Positions 55,470 to 64,000 of a DNA stretch of 64,000 nucleotides are shown one piece after another; within the stretch, counting starts at the first letter, position 1, and each line of letters starts with the position of its first letter. Below the pieces are notes generated by a model, which searched no databases, had not been told where the DNA came from, and saw only the letters and a program-made list of their open reading frames with translations. Where the stretch lies: NCBI GenBank assembly GCA_021513695.1, contig CP084166.1, forward strand, positions 1,664,001 through 1,728,000, in the 5' to 3' direction. The DNA comes from Candidatus Heimdallarchaeum aukensis. Lineage in GTDB: Archaea > Asgardarchaeota > Heimdallarchaeia > Heimdallarchaeales > Heimdallarchaeaceae. The translations under genes were made by a program, and so were the position numbers.

Positions 55470-56301
55470 CTACTATTTCAACCCCATCAAAAACATATTT
55501 TTCACTTAGTCTAGTTAAGTTTGAAATAAGAATTGTTAATTGTTCATTAAAAACTGCATTTTTTGATTTATTAAAGGGTATTCCAATTAATTCTCCAAGA
55601 TAGCGTAATTGTTGCGATGTTCTTAGATGATAAGGTGTCATTGGTCTAACTGTAAGAATAAACTTATTTTTTTTGGCTATCAAATTTGTAATTTTTTTTG
55701 CTGAACGTATAGTCAAACTTAATTGTTTTGTATCGTTAGATTGAATTAAATGGTCTAAACATAATTCAAAGGTCATATTATGTTGTTTCGCTAGCGATAT
55801 CAGTCCTTCATCAACTGCTTTTTTATTGGAAATATCTATCGTCAAATAGTCGACTCTTCGATCATGGGTAGCCCACTTCGCTACCTCCAAATTATTACAA
55901 AAAACACTAATAATTTCAAACTTTTTTCGATATTTATTTAGTTCATTTTTTAAATTAACTATAGACTCTCCTCTCAAAGTTTTTCTAGAGAAAAGGAAAG
56001 TAGTATTTGGGGAGTTTCTTATTTCTTTAACAGCGCATTTTATTCTATCGTCATCTGTTTCACATTCTTGAATTTGTGAGAATATTGATGAGATGGCTTT
56101 TACTTTTTCACGTGAATCTTTTATTTTCTCTTGTATAAACTGATCAATCTTTTTTCTCTCATAATTTTCTATGCCCAAGAGCTTAATACCTAGTTTTTTA
56201 GAAAAAACAATGAATTCTAGCAATCTATCGTTATCTTTTACCTCAATAAAATTTTCACATGATAGAATTGAGAGTTTATTTTTTGTCTCACCAATTAACA
56301 T
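55453..56301 (-). CDS. hypothetical protein; possibly RNase P protein subunit Rpp30-like TIM barrel
   Basis: Weak resemblance only, by size and the C-terminal ILTVRPMTPYHLRT...GIP region. No metal-ligand motifs confirmed. Confidence 0.25.
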   Translation of the reverse strand: MLIGETKNKLSILSCENFIEVKDNDRLLEFIVFSKKLGIKLLGIENYERKKIDQFIQEKIKDSREKVKAISSIFSQIQECETDDDRIKCAVKEIRNSPNTTFLFSRKTLRGESIVNLKNELNKYRKKFEIISVFCNNLEVAKWATHDRRVDYLTIDISNKKAVDEGLISLAKQHNMTFELCLDHLIQSNDTKQLSLTIRSAKKITNLIAKKNKFILTVRPMTPYHLRTSQQLRYLGELIGIPFNKSKNAVFNEQLTILISNLTRLSEKYVFDGVEIVGEKND

Positions 56302-56462
56302 TTTTTCATAACCATATAATCAAAAACTTCAGAATTCAAAAACGTTTTTTTAGACTAAAATTCAAAAAAAATAAGCCAACCTAAATAGCTAACCAATTAA
56401 TTTATAAGTAGTATATTGATTTCCATCAAGAAGTAACCTCAATTAAGAATGGTGATATAAAT

Positions 56463-56927
56463 ATGAGTATTTATCAAACATTTTGGAAAGATAAAAGAAA
56501 TCGTACTGCACTAGTATCCTCTATTATAGCTATTGCAATGCTCATTTTAGTCATTTTCCTAGCATCTTTAAAGCAGGACTTTGTCCCTGATTGGTTAAAG
56601 TGGATGTATACACCTGGAGAATATAATATTGGTTTGACAATTATTACTTTTGTTTGCTTGGCAATCCTTTATTTATTTACATTAATAGCCATTGCAACAA
56701 TAAATGAAATAAGAGCAAACCTACCAGGTTGGGGAAGTATCATTTTAAGTACGATTATTACATTTCTCATTGGAATAATGGCCACATTCATAAAACCTGA
56801 AGAAGCAGAAAAATACTGGAATTATACAGCAGGAATGAGATGGACAATTTTTGGTTCTTTGTTTGCATTTGTAATTTTAAGCGTAGTTTACTTGTTTTTC
56901 ACAGAAACCCCAGAAGAAACAAACTAA
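56463..56927 (+). CDS. small polytopic membrane protein
   Basis: Four hydrophobic helices. 154 aa. Confidence 0.4.
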   Translation: MSIYQTFWKDKRNRTALVSSIIAIAMLILVIFLASLKQDFVPDWLKWMYTPGEYNIGLTIITFVCLAILYLFTLIAIATINEIRANLPGWGSIILSTIITFLIGIMATFIKPEEAEKYWNYTAGMRWTIFGSLFAFVILSVVYLFFTETPEETN

Positions 56928-57038
56928 CATTTTTCTTATTTTTTTGTCGCTTATTATTATTAAATCAGAATTTAGTATCATTTTTCATTAAATAATTACT
57001 CATTAAAAAAATAAACTTCAGGCGTTTATTTATGGAGG

Positions 57039-57464
57039 TTAAGCGTTTACTTCACTTAATACTATTTCTTTTATTTCTGGAATCTCTTTTAATATAAGTT
57101 TAATTTCTTCAGCTGTTTTGCTTAAATCTTTCTTCTGGAAAAACCCTTCCCAAAGACACTTATTCTCCATAAGGCATAAGCCAGTGCTATAAATAACTTT
57201 ACTTGCAAATTCTGAGATTTTAGTCATGACCTTTGCTACAATCTCTGGTGTGAGTGGATATATCGAAATGGATAGTCTAAGTATTGAACTAGTTACAGGG
57301 AAAAAGTATAATGCTCTTGCATTTTTTGCATATATACTTAAGATTGGTCCATCTTTAGTCATTTTAGATAGTTCTTCTTTTATATCCTCTGAAATTTCAA
57401 CATCCATCGCATTCTCGTAAACTTTTGAATATGTCAACATAGATGTTTTGTTCATAGAAATCAC
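57039..57464 (-). CDS. hypothetical protein, possibly V4R-like (Bet3/TRAPP-related) small-molecule-binding domain
   Basis: The C-terminal half contains GLCLMENKCLWEGF, reminiscent of the conserved Cys-x5-Cys-x-(W/F)-x-G motif of V4R domains. Very tentative. Confidence 0.25.
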   Translation of the reverse strand: MISMNKTSMLTYSKVYENAMDVEISEDIKEELSKMTKDGPILSIYAKNARALYFFPVTSSILRLSISIYPLTPEIVAKVMTKISEFASKVIYSTGLCLMENKCLWEGFFQKKDLSKTAEEIKLILKEIPEIKEIVLSEVNA

Positions 57465-57639
57465 TTTTTAGATATTCAAGCTAACATAACATGAACTAGT
57501 TATTAACTTTAATGCTGTTAAAAACTATTAATTTCCATATATTAGTTTTTCTTTTTTTTTAATGAAATCTTTTTTTAATTCTTCTAGTATAATCACCCAA
57601 TTGTTTAAAAATAATTTTGAAAGAAGTAATACGGTTAAA

Positions 57640-58854
57640 ATGAATTTCGCTATAATTAATGGAGTAATATATACTGTCAATAAAAAAAATGCAGTTATTA
57701 AAAATGGTACAATTCTTGTAAAAGACGGTAAAATAGAAAAAATATCTCCTGAAATAATAAAGCCAGAAGGATATGAAGTAATTGATGCCGCAGGAGGACA
57801 CATTCTTCCTGGTTTCATTGATTCTCACACTCATCAAGGGCTATTTGATGGTTCTGTAGGTTGGGCTGGTTTTGATGGAAATGAAATGACTGACCCTGCA
57901 ACGCCTTATGTAAGAGCTATTGATGCTATTAATCCTGAGGATCCAGCATTAGTTGAAGCAAGAATTGGTGGAGTTACCACTATTCAAACAGGTCCAGGAT
58001 CAGGAAATGTAATAGGGGGAACGGATACTATTATTAAAACTTGGTCTGAAAGCAAAATAATAGATGATATGATATTAAAGGAACCATCGTGTTTAAAGTC
58101 AGCCCTAGGTGAAAACCCAAAAAGAGTCTATGGGACAGATAAGAAACTTCCTTCAACAAGAATGGGAAATGCTGCAGTATTTAGAAAAGCTTTTGTTGAA
58201 GCTCAAAACTATGCTAAAAAATGGGAAGAATATGAAACAAAGAAGAAGCTTGCTCTTGAAAAAGGAGATAAGGACAAAATACCTTCTGAACCTGAACGAG
58301 ACATAGGCAAAGAGGTACTTGTGAAAGTATTACGTAAAGAAATTCCTTTAAACATGCATTGCCATCAAGCAAACGATATTGTCACAGCAATTAGGTTAGC
58401 TGAAGAATTTGATATAAACCTTGTCTTAATTCACGCTACTGAAGGACATAAGATTGCAGATTACATTGCAAAGAAAGGAGTATCAGCTTCTGTCGGACCT
58501 TCATTAGTGGGTTTTGAGAAAGTAGAACTTAGAGATATAACATTTAAAACACCAGCTATTCTTTGGAAAGCTGGAGTAAAAATTTCAATACAAAGTGATT
58601 CATTTACAAGACTATGCTATTTTCCGATTTTGCCATGTATGGCTATAAAAGAAGGATTACCAGTGGATGAAGCATTAAGAGCTGTTACAATAAATGCTGC
58701 AGAGATGATAGGTGTTAGTGATCGAATTGGTAGTTTAGAGGAAGGAAAAGATGCTGACCTTGTAATTTGGTCTGATCATCCTCTAAAGAATTTCTATGCT
58801 CAAAACAAACTTACCATGATTAATGGAAGTATAGCCTACAAAAAAGAAGAGTAA
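57640..58854 (+). CDS. metal-dependent amidohydrolase-superfamily protein
   Basis: LPGFIDSHTHQG is the HxH metal-binding motif of strand 1 of amidohydrolases. Downstream His/Asp ligands are present (HCHQANDIV, IHATEGH, WSDHP). ATG at 57640 preferred over the upstream 57562 start. Confidence 0.7.
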   Translation: MNFAIINGVIYTVNKKNAVIKNGTILVKDGKIEKISPEIIKPEGYEVIDAAGGHILPGFIDSHTHQGLFDGSVGWAGFDGNEMTDPATPYVRAIDAINPEDPALVEARIGGVTTIQTGPGSGNVIGGTDTIIKTWSESKIIDDMILKEPSCLKSALGENPKRVYGTDKKLPSTRMGNAAVFRKAFVEAQNYAKKWEEYETKKKLALEKGDKDKIPSEPERDIGKEVLVKVLRKEIPLNMHCHQANDIVTAIRLAEEFDINLVLIHATEGHKIADYIAKKGVSASVGPSLVGFEKVELRDITFKTPAILWKAGVKISIQSDSFTRLCYFPILPCMAIKEGLPVDEALRAVTINAAEMIGVSDRIGSLEEGKDADLVIWSDHPLKNFYAQNKLTMINGSIAYKKEE

Positions 58855-58861
58855 GTATTAA

Positions 58862-59215
58862 TTAAGCTCGTTCATAATAACCTGGAGTTCTATGAGGACC
58901 AAAAGATTCTAGTCCCTCTTCTTTCAATTGCAACAATAACTCCTCTTTCTCTTTTTCTGATATTTCATTTCTTTTAAACAAAAAATTAATTATCTCTATT
59001 GCCTCATCAACTGTCTTGCATCGACATATAAAATCTACAACTCCTGGCTCATAACCTCTGAATTTTCTTATTTTTTTTGTTCCTTTGCTTGTTCTTGCCT
59101 CGTGTTCAGCTAGAATCTGTTCACTTTCTTTTAGTTCTCTATAAATTGCTGGAAAAAATTCTTTGATGTTTTCCTCCAAATCTCCAGAGTTAGCTTTTTT
59201 TTGCTTATCTTCCAT
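58862..59215 (-). CDS. hypothetical protein
   Basis: 117 aa, charged and helical. No motif recognised. Confidence 0.3.
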   Translation of the reverse strand: MEDKQKKANSGDLEENIKEFFPAIYRELKESEQILAEHEARTSKGTKKIRKFRGYEPGVVDFICRCKTVDEAIEIINFLFKRNEISEKEKEELLLQLKEEGLESFGPHRTPGYYERA

Positions 59216-59311
59216 AATTAAAGATAAAATTTACTAATTAAAAGACTTATGATTTATAATTTTGAAGTTTAATTTCTAATATTGACGATTTAAACTTTGT
59301 TTTTTTGAAAC

Positions 59312-60112
59312 TTAATTAACAGTGAGATCTACTGCAATATGCGCGATATTTGGCGATAAAGAGCGTATTTTTCTTGTAAATTGTATACTAATTTTATTTG
59401 TTAAGCTATTTTCTCTAACTACCTTCTCCAATCTTTCTTTAGCAATCTTTTCAATATCATTTTTATTTTCCTTTTTTCCTATATATCCAGAAATTTGCCA
59501 GTGTATAGTCCCCTTTTCATCAGACAAAGCTTTTATTGCTAACGAAAGAGCTCTGTCAGCGAGCATTGGAAGAGGTAAAATTATTCTATCAGCATAATTG
59601 ATAAATTGTTTTTTCACTATTTCAAAAGCATCTCCTAAGTAAGGAATTACATTATTTTTACATTTATTAGCTTCAATATTTTTGATCATATACTGATAAG
59701 CAACAGGATTTAACTCGATACTATGAATCACTGAAGAAGGCTTTTTTCTTGCTATGCAAATAGAAAAAGGTCCAACCCCTGAAAAAAAGTTTATTATTTT
59801 CTCATTTTCCTGCACCTTGCTTGCAATACGTTGCCTTTCAAAGCTTAGCCTAGGGGAGAAGAATACTTTTGCCGGATTGAGATAAAATTTGCAACCATAT
59901 TCTCTATGAATTGTATCAAATTTTTTTTCTCCCATAAAGTATCTTAAAGAGGGAACTCTTTCTTCATTGGAGACTTTATTAGTTTGCAAGAGAACTGTTC
60001 GTATATACTTTTTTTTTGATAATTGCTCTTCTGCAAATCTTTTTAAGTCTTTTAAATTCCCCTTTGACCTAATAATTAGTATATGACCTATTTGCTCAGA
60101 AATAACATTCAT
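59312..60112 (-). CDS. tRNA methyltransferase, Trm5/Taw2 (Met-10+) class I SAM-MTase family
   Basis: SAM-binding motif INFFSGVGPFSICIA (compare DxFAGVGPFxI) and a downstream NP/acidic block. The 266-aa size fits the Trm5/Taw2/Tyw2 family. Confidence 0.6.
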   Translation of the reverse strand: MNVISEQIGHILIIRSKGNLKDLKRFAEEQLSKKKYIRTVLLQTNKVSNEERVPSLRYFMGEKKFDTIHREYGCKFYLNPAKVFFSPRLSFERQRIASKVQENEKIINFFSGVGPFSICIARKKPSSVIHSIELNPVAYQYMIKNIEANKCKNNVIPYLGDAFEIVKKQFINYADRIILPLPMLADRALSLAIKALSDEKGTIHWQISGYIGKKENKNDIEKIAKERLEKVVRENSLTNKISIQFTRKIRSLSPNIAHIAVDLTVN

Positions 60113-60171
60113 AGTTTCTTGTAAAATGTATTACAGAATAGTTTAAAATCTTAATTGTATATTAACCAATA

Positions 60172-61335
60172 ATGAAAAGAGTTTTTGTTATTGGAGTAGG
60201 TCTAACTAAGTTTGGAAAGCATGAACACTTAAGTACAAGAGATCTTTTTTTTCATGCTTCAAAAAAAGCCATCGCAGATGCAAAAATAGATATTAACGAT
60301 GTAGATGGGATATACTTTGGTAATCTCTCTTCTGACAGATTTGAACATCAAGCACATACAGCAGCAATTAATGCTTCAAATTTTTCCTCACGTAATTTTC
60401 CTTCTACAAGGATAGAAGACGCTTGTGCTTCTGGAGGAGTAGCGGTAGCTCAAGCATATTTAGCGATAAAATCGGGTCTTCACGACACAATTCTTGTAGG
60501 CGGAGCAGAAAAGATGACAAATCTAAGTACTCCAGAAGTTACAGATGTTTTAGGTACATGTGCAGATAATATTTTTGAACTCCCACACGGTATAACATTT
60601 CCTGGATTATATGCGTTAATGGCCAGAGCTCATATGCATAAGTACGGAACTACAAAGGAGCATTTGTCAATGGTTGCTGTAAAGAATCACTTTAACGCTT
60701 TAAAGAATCCTTATGCTCAATTTCACAAAGAAATAACTTTAGAAAAAGCGATGAACTCTGTAATTGTTTCAGACCCATTAAATTTGTATGATTGTTCGCC
60801 CATCACTGACGGAGGTGCTGCACTTATATTAACTACAGAGGAAAAAATAAAAAATCTTGACGTCACACCCGTAGAAATTGTAGGTGTGGGGCAAGCTTCT
60901 GATTCTATTAGTTTAGCGAACAGAAAATCACTTACAAGCATTGAAGCAAACAAAATTGCATCAAAACGAGCTTATAATATGGCTGAAATTACTCCAAAAA
61001 ACATAGATGTTGCAGAAGTACATGATTGTTTTACGATTGCGGAAATAATTACCACTGAAGATTTAGGCTTTTTTGAAGAAGGAAAAGGAGGAAAAGCGGT
61101 TGAGGAAGGGATAACGTCTATAGATGGAGATTTACCAATAAATACAGACGGGGGATTAAAAGCCAAAGGTCATCCTATTGGAGCTACAGGAGTTGCTCAG
61201 ATAATTGAACTAGTTCACCAGATCAGAGGAACAGCAGGAGATAGGCAATTAAATGGAGTAAAATACGGACTTGCTCAAAACATGGGCGGTTCTGGGGCAA
61301 CTAGCGTGGTACATATTCTTAAGGAGGTTGATTAA
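60172..61335 (+). CDS. thiolase-family protein (acetyl-CoA C-acetyltransferase-like, archaeal type)
   Basis: Catalytic Cys in EDACASGG. C-terminal blocks NTDGGLKAKGHPIGATG and NMGGSGAT. Confidence 0.85.
   Translation: MKRVFVIGVGLTKFGKHEHLSTRDLFFHASKKAIADAKIDINDVDGIYFGNLSSDRFEHQAHTAAINASNFSSRNFPSTRIEDACASGGVAVAQAYLAIKSGLHDTILVGGAEKMTNLSTPEVTDVLGTCADNIFELPHGITFPGLYALMARAHMHKYGTTKEHLSMVAVKNHFNALKNPYAQFHKEITLEKAMNSVIVSDPLNLYDCSPITDGGAALILTTEEKIKNLDVTPVEIVGVGQASDSISLANRKSLTSIEANKIASKRAYNMAEITPKNIDVAEVHDCFTIAEIITTEDLGFFEEGKGGKAVEEGITSIDGDLPINTDGGLKAKGHPIGATGVAQIIELVHQIRGTAGDRQLNGVKYGLAQNMGGSGATSVVHILKEVD
61321..61327 (+). promoter_or_regulatory. Shine-Dalgarno-like AAGGAGG upstream of the DUF35 GTG start
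   Basis: GGAGG lies 9 nt before GTG 61337, inside the 3' end of the thiolase gene. This suggests translational coupling. Confidence 0.4.
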
Positions 61336-61336
61336 A

Positions 61337-61708
61337 GTGGATTCAATTCTAAATAGTTTTATTGACGGACTAAAAAACGAGAAAATTCTATACAATCGGT
61401 GCAATCAGTGTGAAAAAGATTTTCTTCCACCAGCATACCATTGTCCCACTTGTGGTAACGACAAACTAGAAATTAAGGAGGCCAAAAAAGAAGGCACAAT
61501 CGAAACCTTTACTGTTGTTCATGTTGCTCCAACAGATTTTATTGAAGAAGCCCCATATATCGTAGGGATAGTTCAACTCAATAATAATCTAAGAATAATG
61601 GCGCGTATTAAAACTACACAAATTGAGAATATAAGAATAGGAGACAAAGTAAAAGCGGCATTTGATAAAAACAAGCAAGATGTGTCTATTCTTTTCTTTA
61701 CTTTTTAG
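61337..61708 (+). CDS. DUF35-type OB-fold/zinc-ribbon protein (thiolase/HMG-CoA synthase partner)
   Basis: CNQCEKDFLPPAYHCPTCG rubredoxin-like zinc ribbon followed by an OB-fold segment. Immediately follows the thiolase gene as in archaeal thiolase-DUF35 pairs. GTG start 2 nt after the thiolase stop. Confidence 0.7.
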   Translation: MDSILNSFIDGLKNEKILYNRCNQCEKDFLPPAYHCPTCGNDKLEIKEAKKEGTIETFTVVHVAPTDFIEEAPYIVGIVQLNNNLRIMARIKTTQIENIRIGDKVKAAFDKNKQDVSILFFTF

Positions 61709-61712
61709 TTTT

Positions 61713-62111
61713 TTATATTTCTCCTACAAGTTTCAATTGTTTTTTTCCAACTAACGTAATGCACAAAATCCCTTCTTTATGCAACCTTTTTCTCAGATTT
61801 ACATCCGTTGTTGCTACAATTCCATTATATTGTTTGGCCAGACGAATCAATTCATCATCAGTGTGCTCTTCAGTTTTTGATGGTAGAATTTCATATTTTT
61901 GAGCTATTGATAAAGCTAGTTTTGCTTTTTTTTGTACAGCTGATTTTCCGTTATTTATCAAGTTTTGTAGTTCTTTTATCACGACTTCTGGTATGACTAC
62001 TTTTAAAGAAAAAGGGAGAGTTTCTAATTGTCCTAAGTTTACTTTTTTCTCTGCTGGTAACATCAAGATACAACTATCTAGAAGTATTAACCGTTTTTTT
62101 GTTGAGATCAT
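61713..62111 (-). CDS. PIN-domain protein
   Basis: N-terminal LILLDSCILM with acidic residues and a C-terminal TTDVNLRKRL block, arranged like PIN catalytic Asp positions. Start overlaps the aIF2-gamma stop by 4 nt. Confidence 0.5.
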   Translation of the reverse strand: MISTKKRLILLDSCILMLPAEKKVNLGQLETLPFSLKVVIPEVVIKELQNLINNGKSAVQKKAKLALSIAQKYEILPSKTEEHTDDELIRLAKQYNGIVATTDVNLRKRLHKEGILCITLVGKKQLKLVGEI

Positions 62112-63391
62112 TTGTCATCAATTATTTCTCCAACTCCAATTAGACGGAATCTTCTTTGAATCCTTCGGGATATAGCAACTTTTTCTTTAACTCGTGAAGC
62201 TATTTCTCTTGTTAACTTAACTTTTACCCAATCCCCTTTAATATCTGTAATTACACCAGCAGTTTTAGCCGTCCCAACATTTAACATTAAAGTTTCATTT
62301 TTAGCTAATGGTTGAACCTCTGTAATTTCTTCAGAACCCACAACATATTTCATCAGTTGAACTTTCATTGTTAACTCGCTAAGTATTGGTGGCGAATGAC
62401 CTGGAGAAGTTACAATGTTTCCAGACATTTTGTCAGCTCTAGCAAAAGATGGATCCAAATCTGTTCCTAATCCAACTAATCCACCAGGATGAGCAATGTC
62501 TGTAAATCCTTGGTCTCCAATTGCAATACTTACCACTTTGGTCTTTATTGGAACATATTCGGTTTTTTTACCTCTTTTAAGAGAAAGACCAGGTACAATC
62601 TCAATTTCATCACCAACTCTTACCACTCCACTCTTAATAGAGCCACCTAACACTGCTCCCTTGAGTTTTTTGGGTTTTGTCCCTGGCCGATTGATATCAA
62701 AAGAACGTGCAACATGCATTTCAAATGGGCTTTCTTCATCTACTTTAGGACTTGGTATAGTTTCCTCAATTGCTTTAATTAGTAGATCTAAATTTGCTTT
62801 ATGCATTGCACTAATTGGAATAATAGGAGCATTTTCAGCGATTGTTCCTTTTATAAAATCCTTTATCTGTTGATAGTTTTTCTTTGCTTGTTCCTCTGAT
62901 ACAAGTTCAATTTTATTTTGAGCTATTACAATATTTGAGATACCTAAAATTTCCATAGCAGCTAGATGCTCACGAGTTTGAGGTTGAGGACACTCTGTAT
63001 TAGCTGCAATAAGTAGAATTGCACCATCCATTATATTTGCTCCAGAAAGGAGTGTTGCCATGAGTATTTCATGACCAGGACAATCAACAAAAGAGACTTT
63101 TCGTAATAATTCTGTCTCAACTTTATGAATAGGACATATTTTCTCTGTGGTGTAACACTCAGGGTCACTACATTGAGGACACTTTCTAAATTCAGCATCT
63201 GCATACCCAAGTCTTATGGAAATTCCTCTTTTTAATTCTTCTGAGTGGGTATCAGGAAATTTTCCAGAAAGAGCTTGAACTAGCGTTGATTTACCATTAT
63301 CTACATGTCCAATTGTCCCGATATTTACTTCAGCTTGGATAATAGGCTCACTCTTTTTATTAGACGGTGTGTTCTTTTGTTCTTTGCTCAT
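62108..63391 (-). CDS. eif2g: translation initiation factor 2 subunit gamma (aIF2-gamma)
   Basis: G1 GHVDNGKST, zinc ribbon CPQC...CPIHK, G3 DCPGH, G4 NKIE. Domains II and III follow. Confidence 0.9.
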   Translation of the reverse strand: MSKEQKNTPSNKKSEPIIQAEVNIGTIGHVDNGKSTLVQALSGKFPDTHSEELKRGISIRLGYADAEFRKCPQCSDPECYTTEKICPIHKVETELLRKVSFVDCPGHEILMATLLSGANIMDGAILLIAANTECPQPQTREHLAAMEILGISNIVIAQNKIELVSEEQAKKNYQQIKDFIKGTIAENAPIIPISAMHKANLDLLIKAIEETIPSPKVDEESPFEMHVARSFDINRPGTKPKKLKGAVLGGSIKSGVVRVGDEIEIVPGLSLKRGKKTEYVPIKTKVVSIAIGDQGFTDIAHPGGLVGLGTDLDPSFARADKMSGNIVTSPGHSPPILSELTMKVQLMKYVVGSEEITEVQPLAKNETLMLNVGTAKTAGVITDIKGDWVKVKLTREIASRVKEKVAISRRIQRRFRLIGVGEIIDDK

Positions 63392-63883
63392 CTTAAGTCT
63401 TTATTATCTACTGGATTAATATAGTTAATGGTGTTTAACCATGCTAAATTTTTGTTTACATATTTTATAGGATAGTTGCATACAAAAAAATAGGAAAATA
63501 CATGAAAAGAAAAAAAAATAATACGTATTAAATAATGATTTCTAATTATCATGCAAAAACAGCAACAAAAAAAATAAACAACTCATTTTTTGAACTAATA
63601 CAGAGATATTCATTAATTTTTAATCAACTATTTAATAGATAGTTGGTTTGTTTTTCAGTCCATCACACCGAAATAGAACAATTTTACAAATTTCCTGCAA
63701 AAATTTAAACATCAAGAATAATTATTATTTTTTTCTTGTAAAAAATAGATGCAAGATAAAAAATTTCACGAGTTATGCCATTTTCACTAGTTTAAACTAT
63801 TTAAACCAGCGTTTTTGGTAAAAGGATTTAAAAAGACAACTGAAAACGTTAATTTAACCTACAAAAAGGGATGTATCTGAAAA

Positions 63884-64000
63884 ATGGCAATTTCTTCAGG
63901 AACAACAAACCTAAATTTAGATACGCAGAAAATTGAACTGCTAGAAAAACTACCTCCAAGCGCAAGAAGAGTTTTTAAGATCGTGAAAGAAAAAGGCCCA
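63884..64000 (+). CDS. 5' end of an ORF, possibly a wHTH protein (continues beyond the window)
   Basis: ATG at 63884 gives MAISSGTTNLNLDTQKIELLEKLPPSARRVFKIVKEKGP, open to the window edge. The ELLEKLPPSARRVFKIV stretch resembles the N-terminus of an HTH-type regulator. Confidence 0.25.
   Translation, partial: MAISSGTTNLNLDTQKIELLEKLPPSARRVFKIVKEKGP

Noticed and set aside
1-64000. Bacterial origin of the contig, given the Shine-Dalgarno motifs, ABC transporters, Fpg and EutA
   Set aside because: The translation, replication and RNA-processing machinery is unambiguously archaeal. The bacterial-type genes are better explained as horizontally acquired accessory genes.

Overview
This 64 kb window looks like a chromosomal segment from a very AT-rich archaeon. 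The archaeal call rests on an intron-containing initiator tRNA with an A1:U72 pair, the exosome superoperon, aIF2-gamma, ABCE1, the RFC large subunit, archaeal-type IleRS and r-proteins L7Ae/L37Ae/L15e/S3Ae/S6e/S15. One ORF carries a catalytically dead E2-like (UEV) domain followed by a coiled coil, which is the TSG101/Vps23 (ESCRT-I) architecture. With WD40, RING/PHD-like and winged-helix proteins nearby, this points to an Asgard (Lokiarchaeia-like) genome. Coding density is high, most genes are on ordinary-looking housekeeping ground, and there are several accessory islands.

Main content, left to right:
- partial L7Ae
- two tandem paralogous HHxxxDG acyltransferases of the condensation / WS-DGAT type
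- a THUMP protein divergent from tRNA-iMet(CAU), which has a canonical 37/38 intron
- an ABC-2 transporter operon with a secreted prenyltransferase-repeat-like protein
- a sulfotransferase, a gamma-glutamyltranspeptidase and an orphan EutA homolog
- an ABC ATPase fused to an AbrB-like domain, and a family-5 solute-binding protein
- a compact IS (16-bp terminal inverted repeat, 9-bp target-site duplication) sitting in a divergent promoter
- a TrmB-HTH giant coiled-coil protein
- a ferredoxin / PLD-nuclease / Cas4-Dna2-like nuclease-helicase cluster next to RfcL
- the exosome superoperon segment SBDS-Rrp4-Rrp41-Rrp42-L37Ae-Brix-Pcc1, with an unusual acidic repeat tail on Rrp41
- Fpg/Nei, a Pro/Thr-repeat protein, an AglH-like GT4, the UEV protein, ABCE1, a TrmO-like methyltransferase, L15e, IleRS
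- a candidate C/D box sRNA, a WD40 protein, Ham1, S15 followed by a probably inactivated RecJ/Cdc45-like protein, S3Ae, S6e, dCMP deaminase, an amidohydrolase, a Trm5-family MTase, thiolase + DUF35, a PIN protein and aIF2-gamma.

I saw no CRISPR array and no rRNA. Everything is based on reading the sequence and translations by eye. No database searches or numerical computations were run, so family assignments are motif-level and start codons are approximate; many ORFs in the track begin at TTG/GTG upstream of a more plausible ATG.
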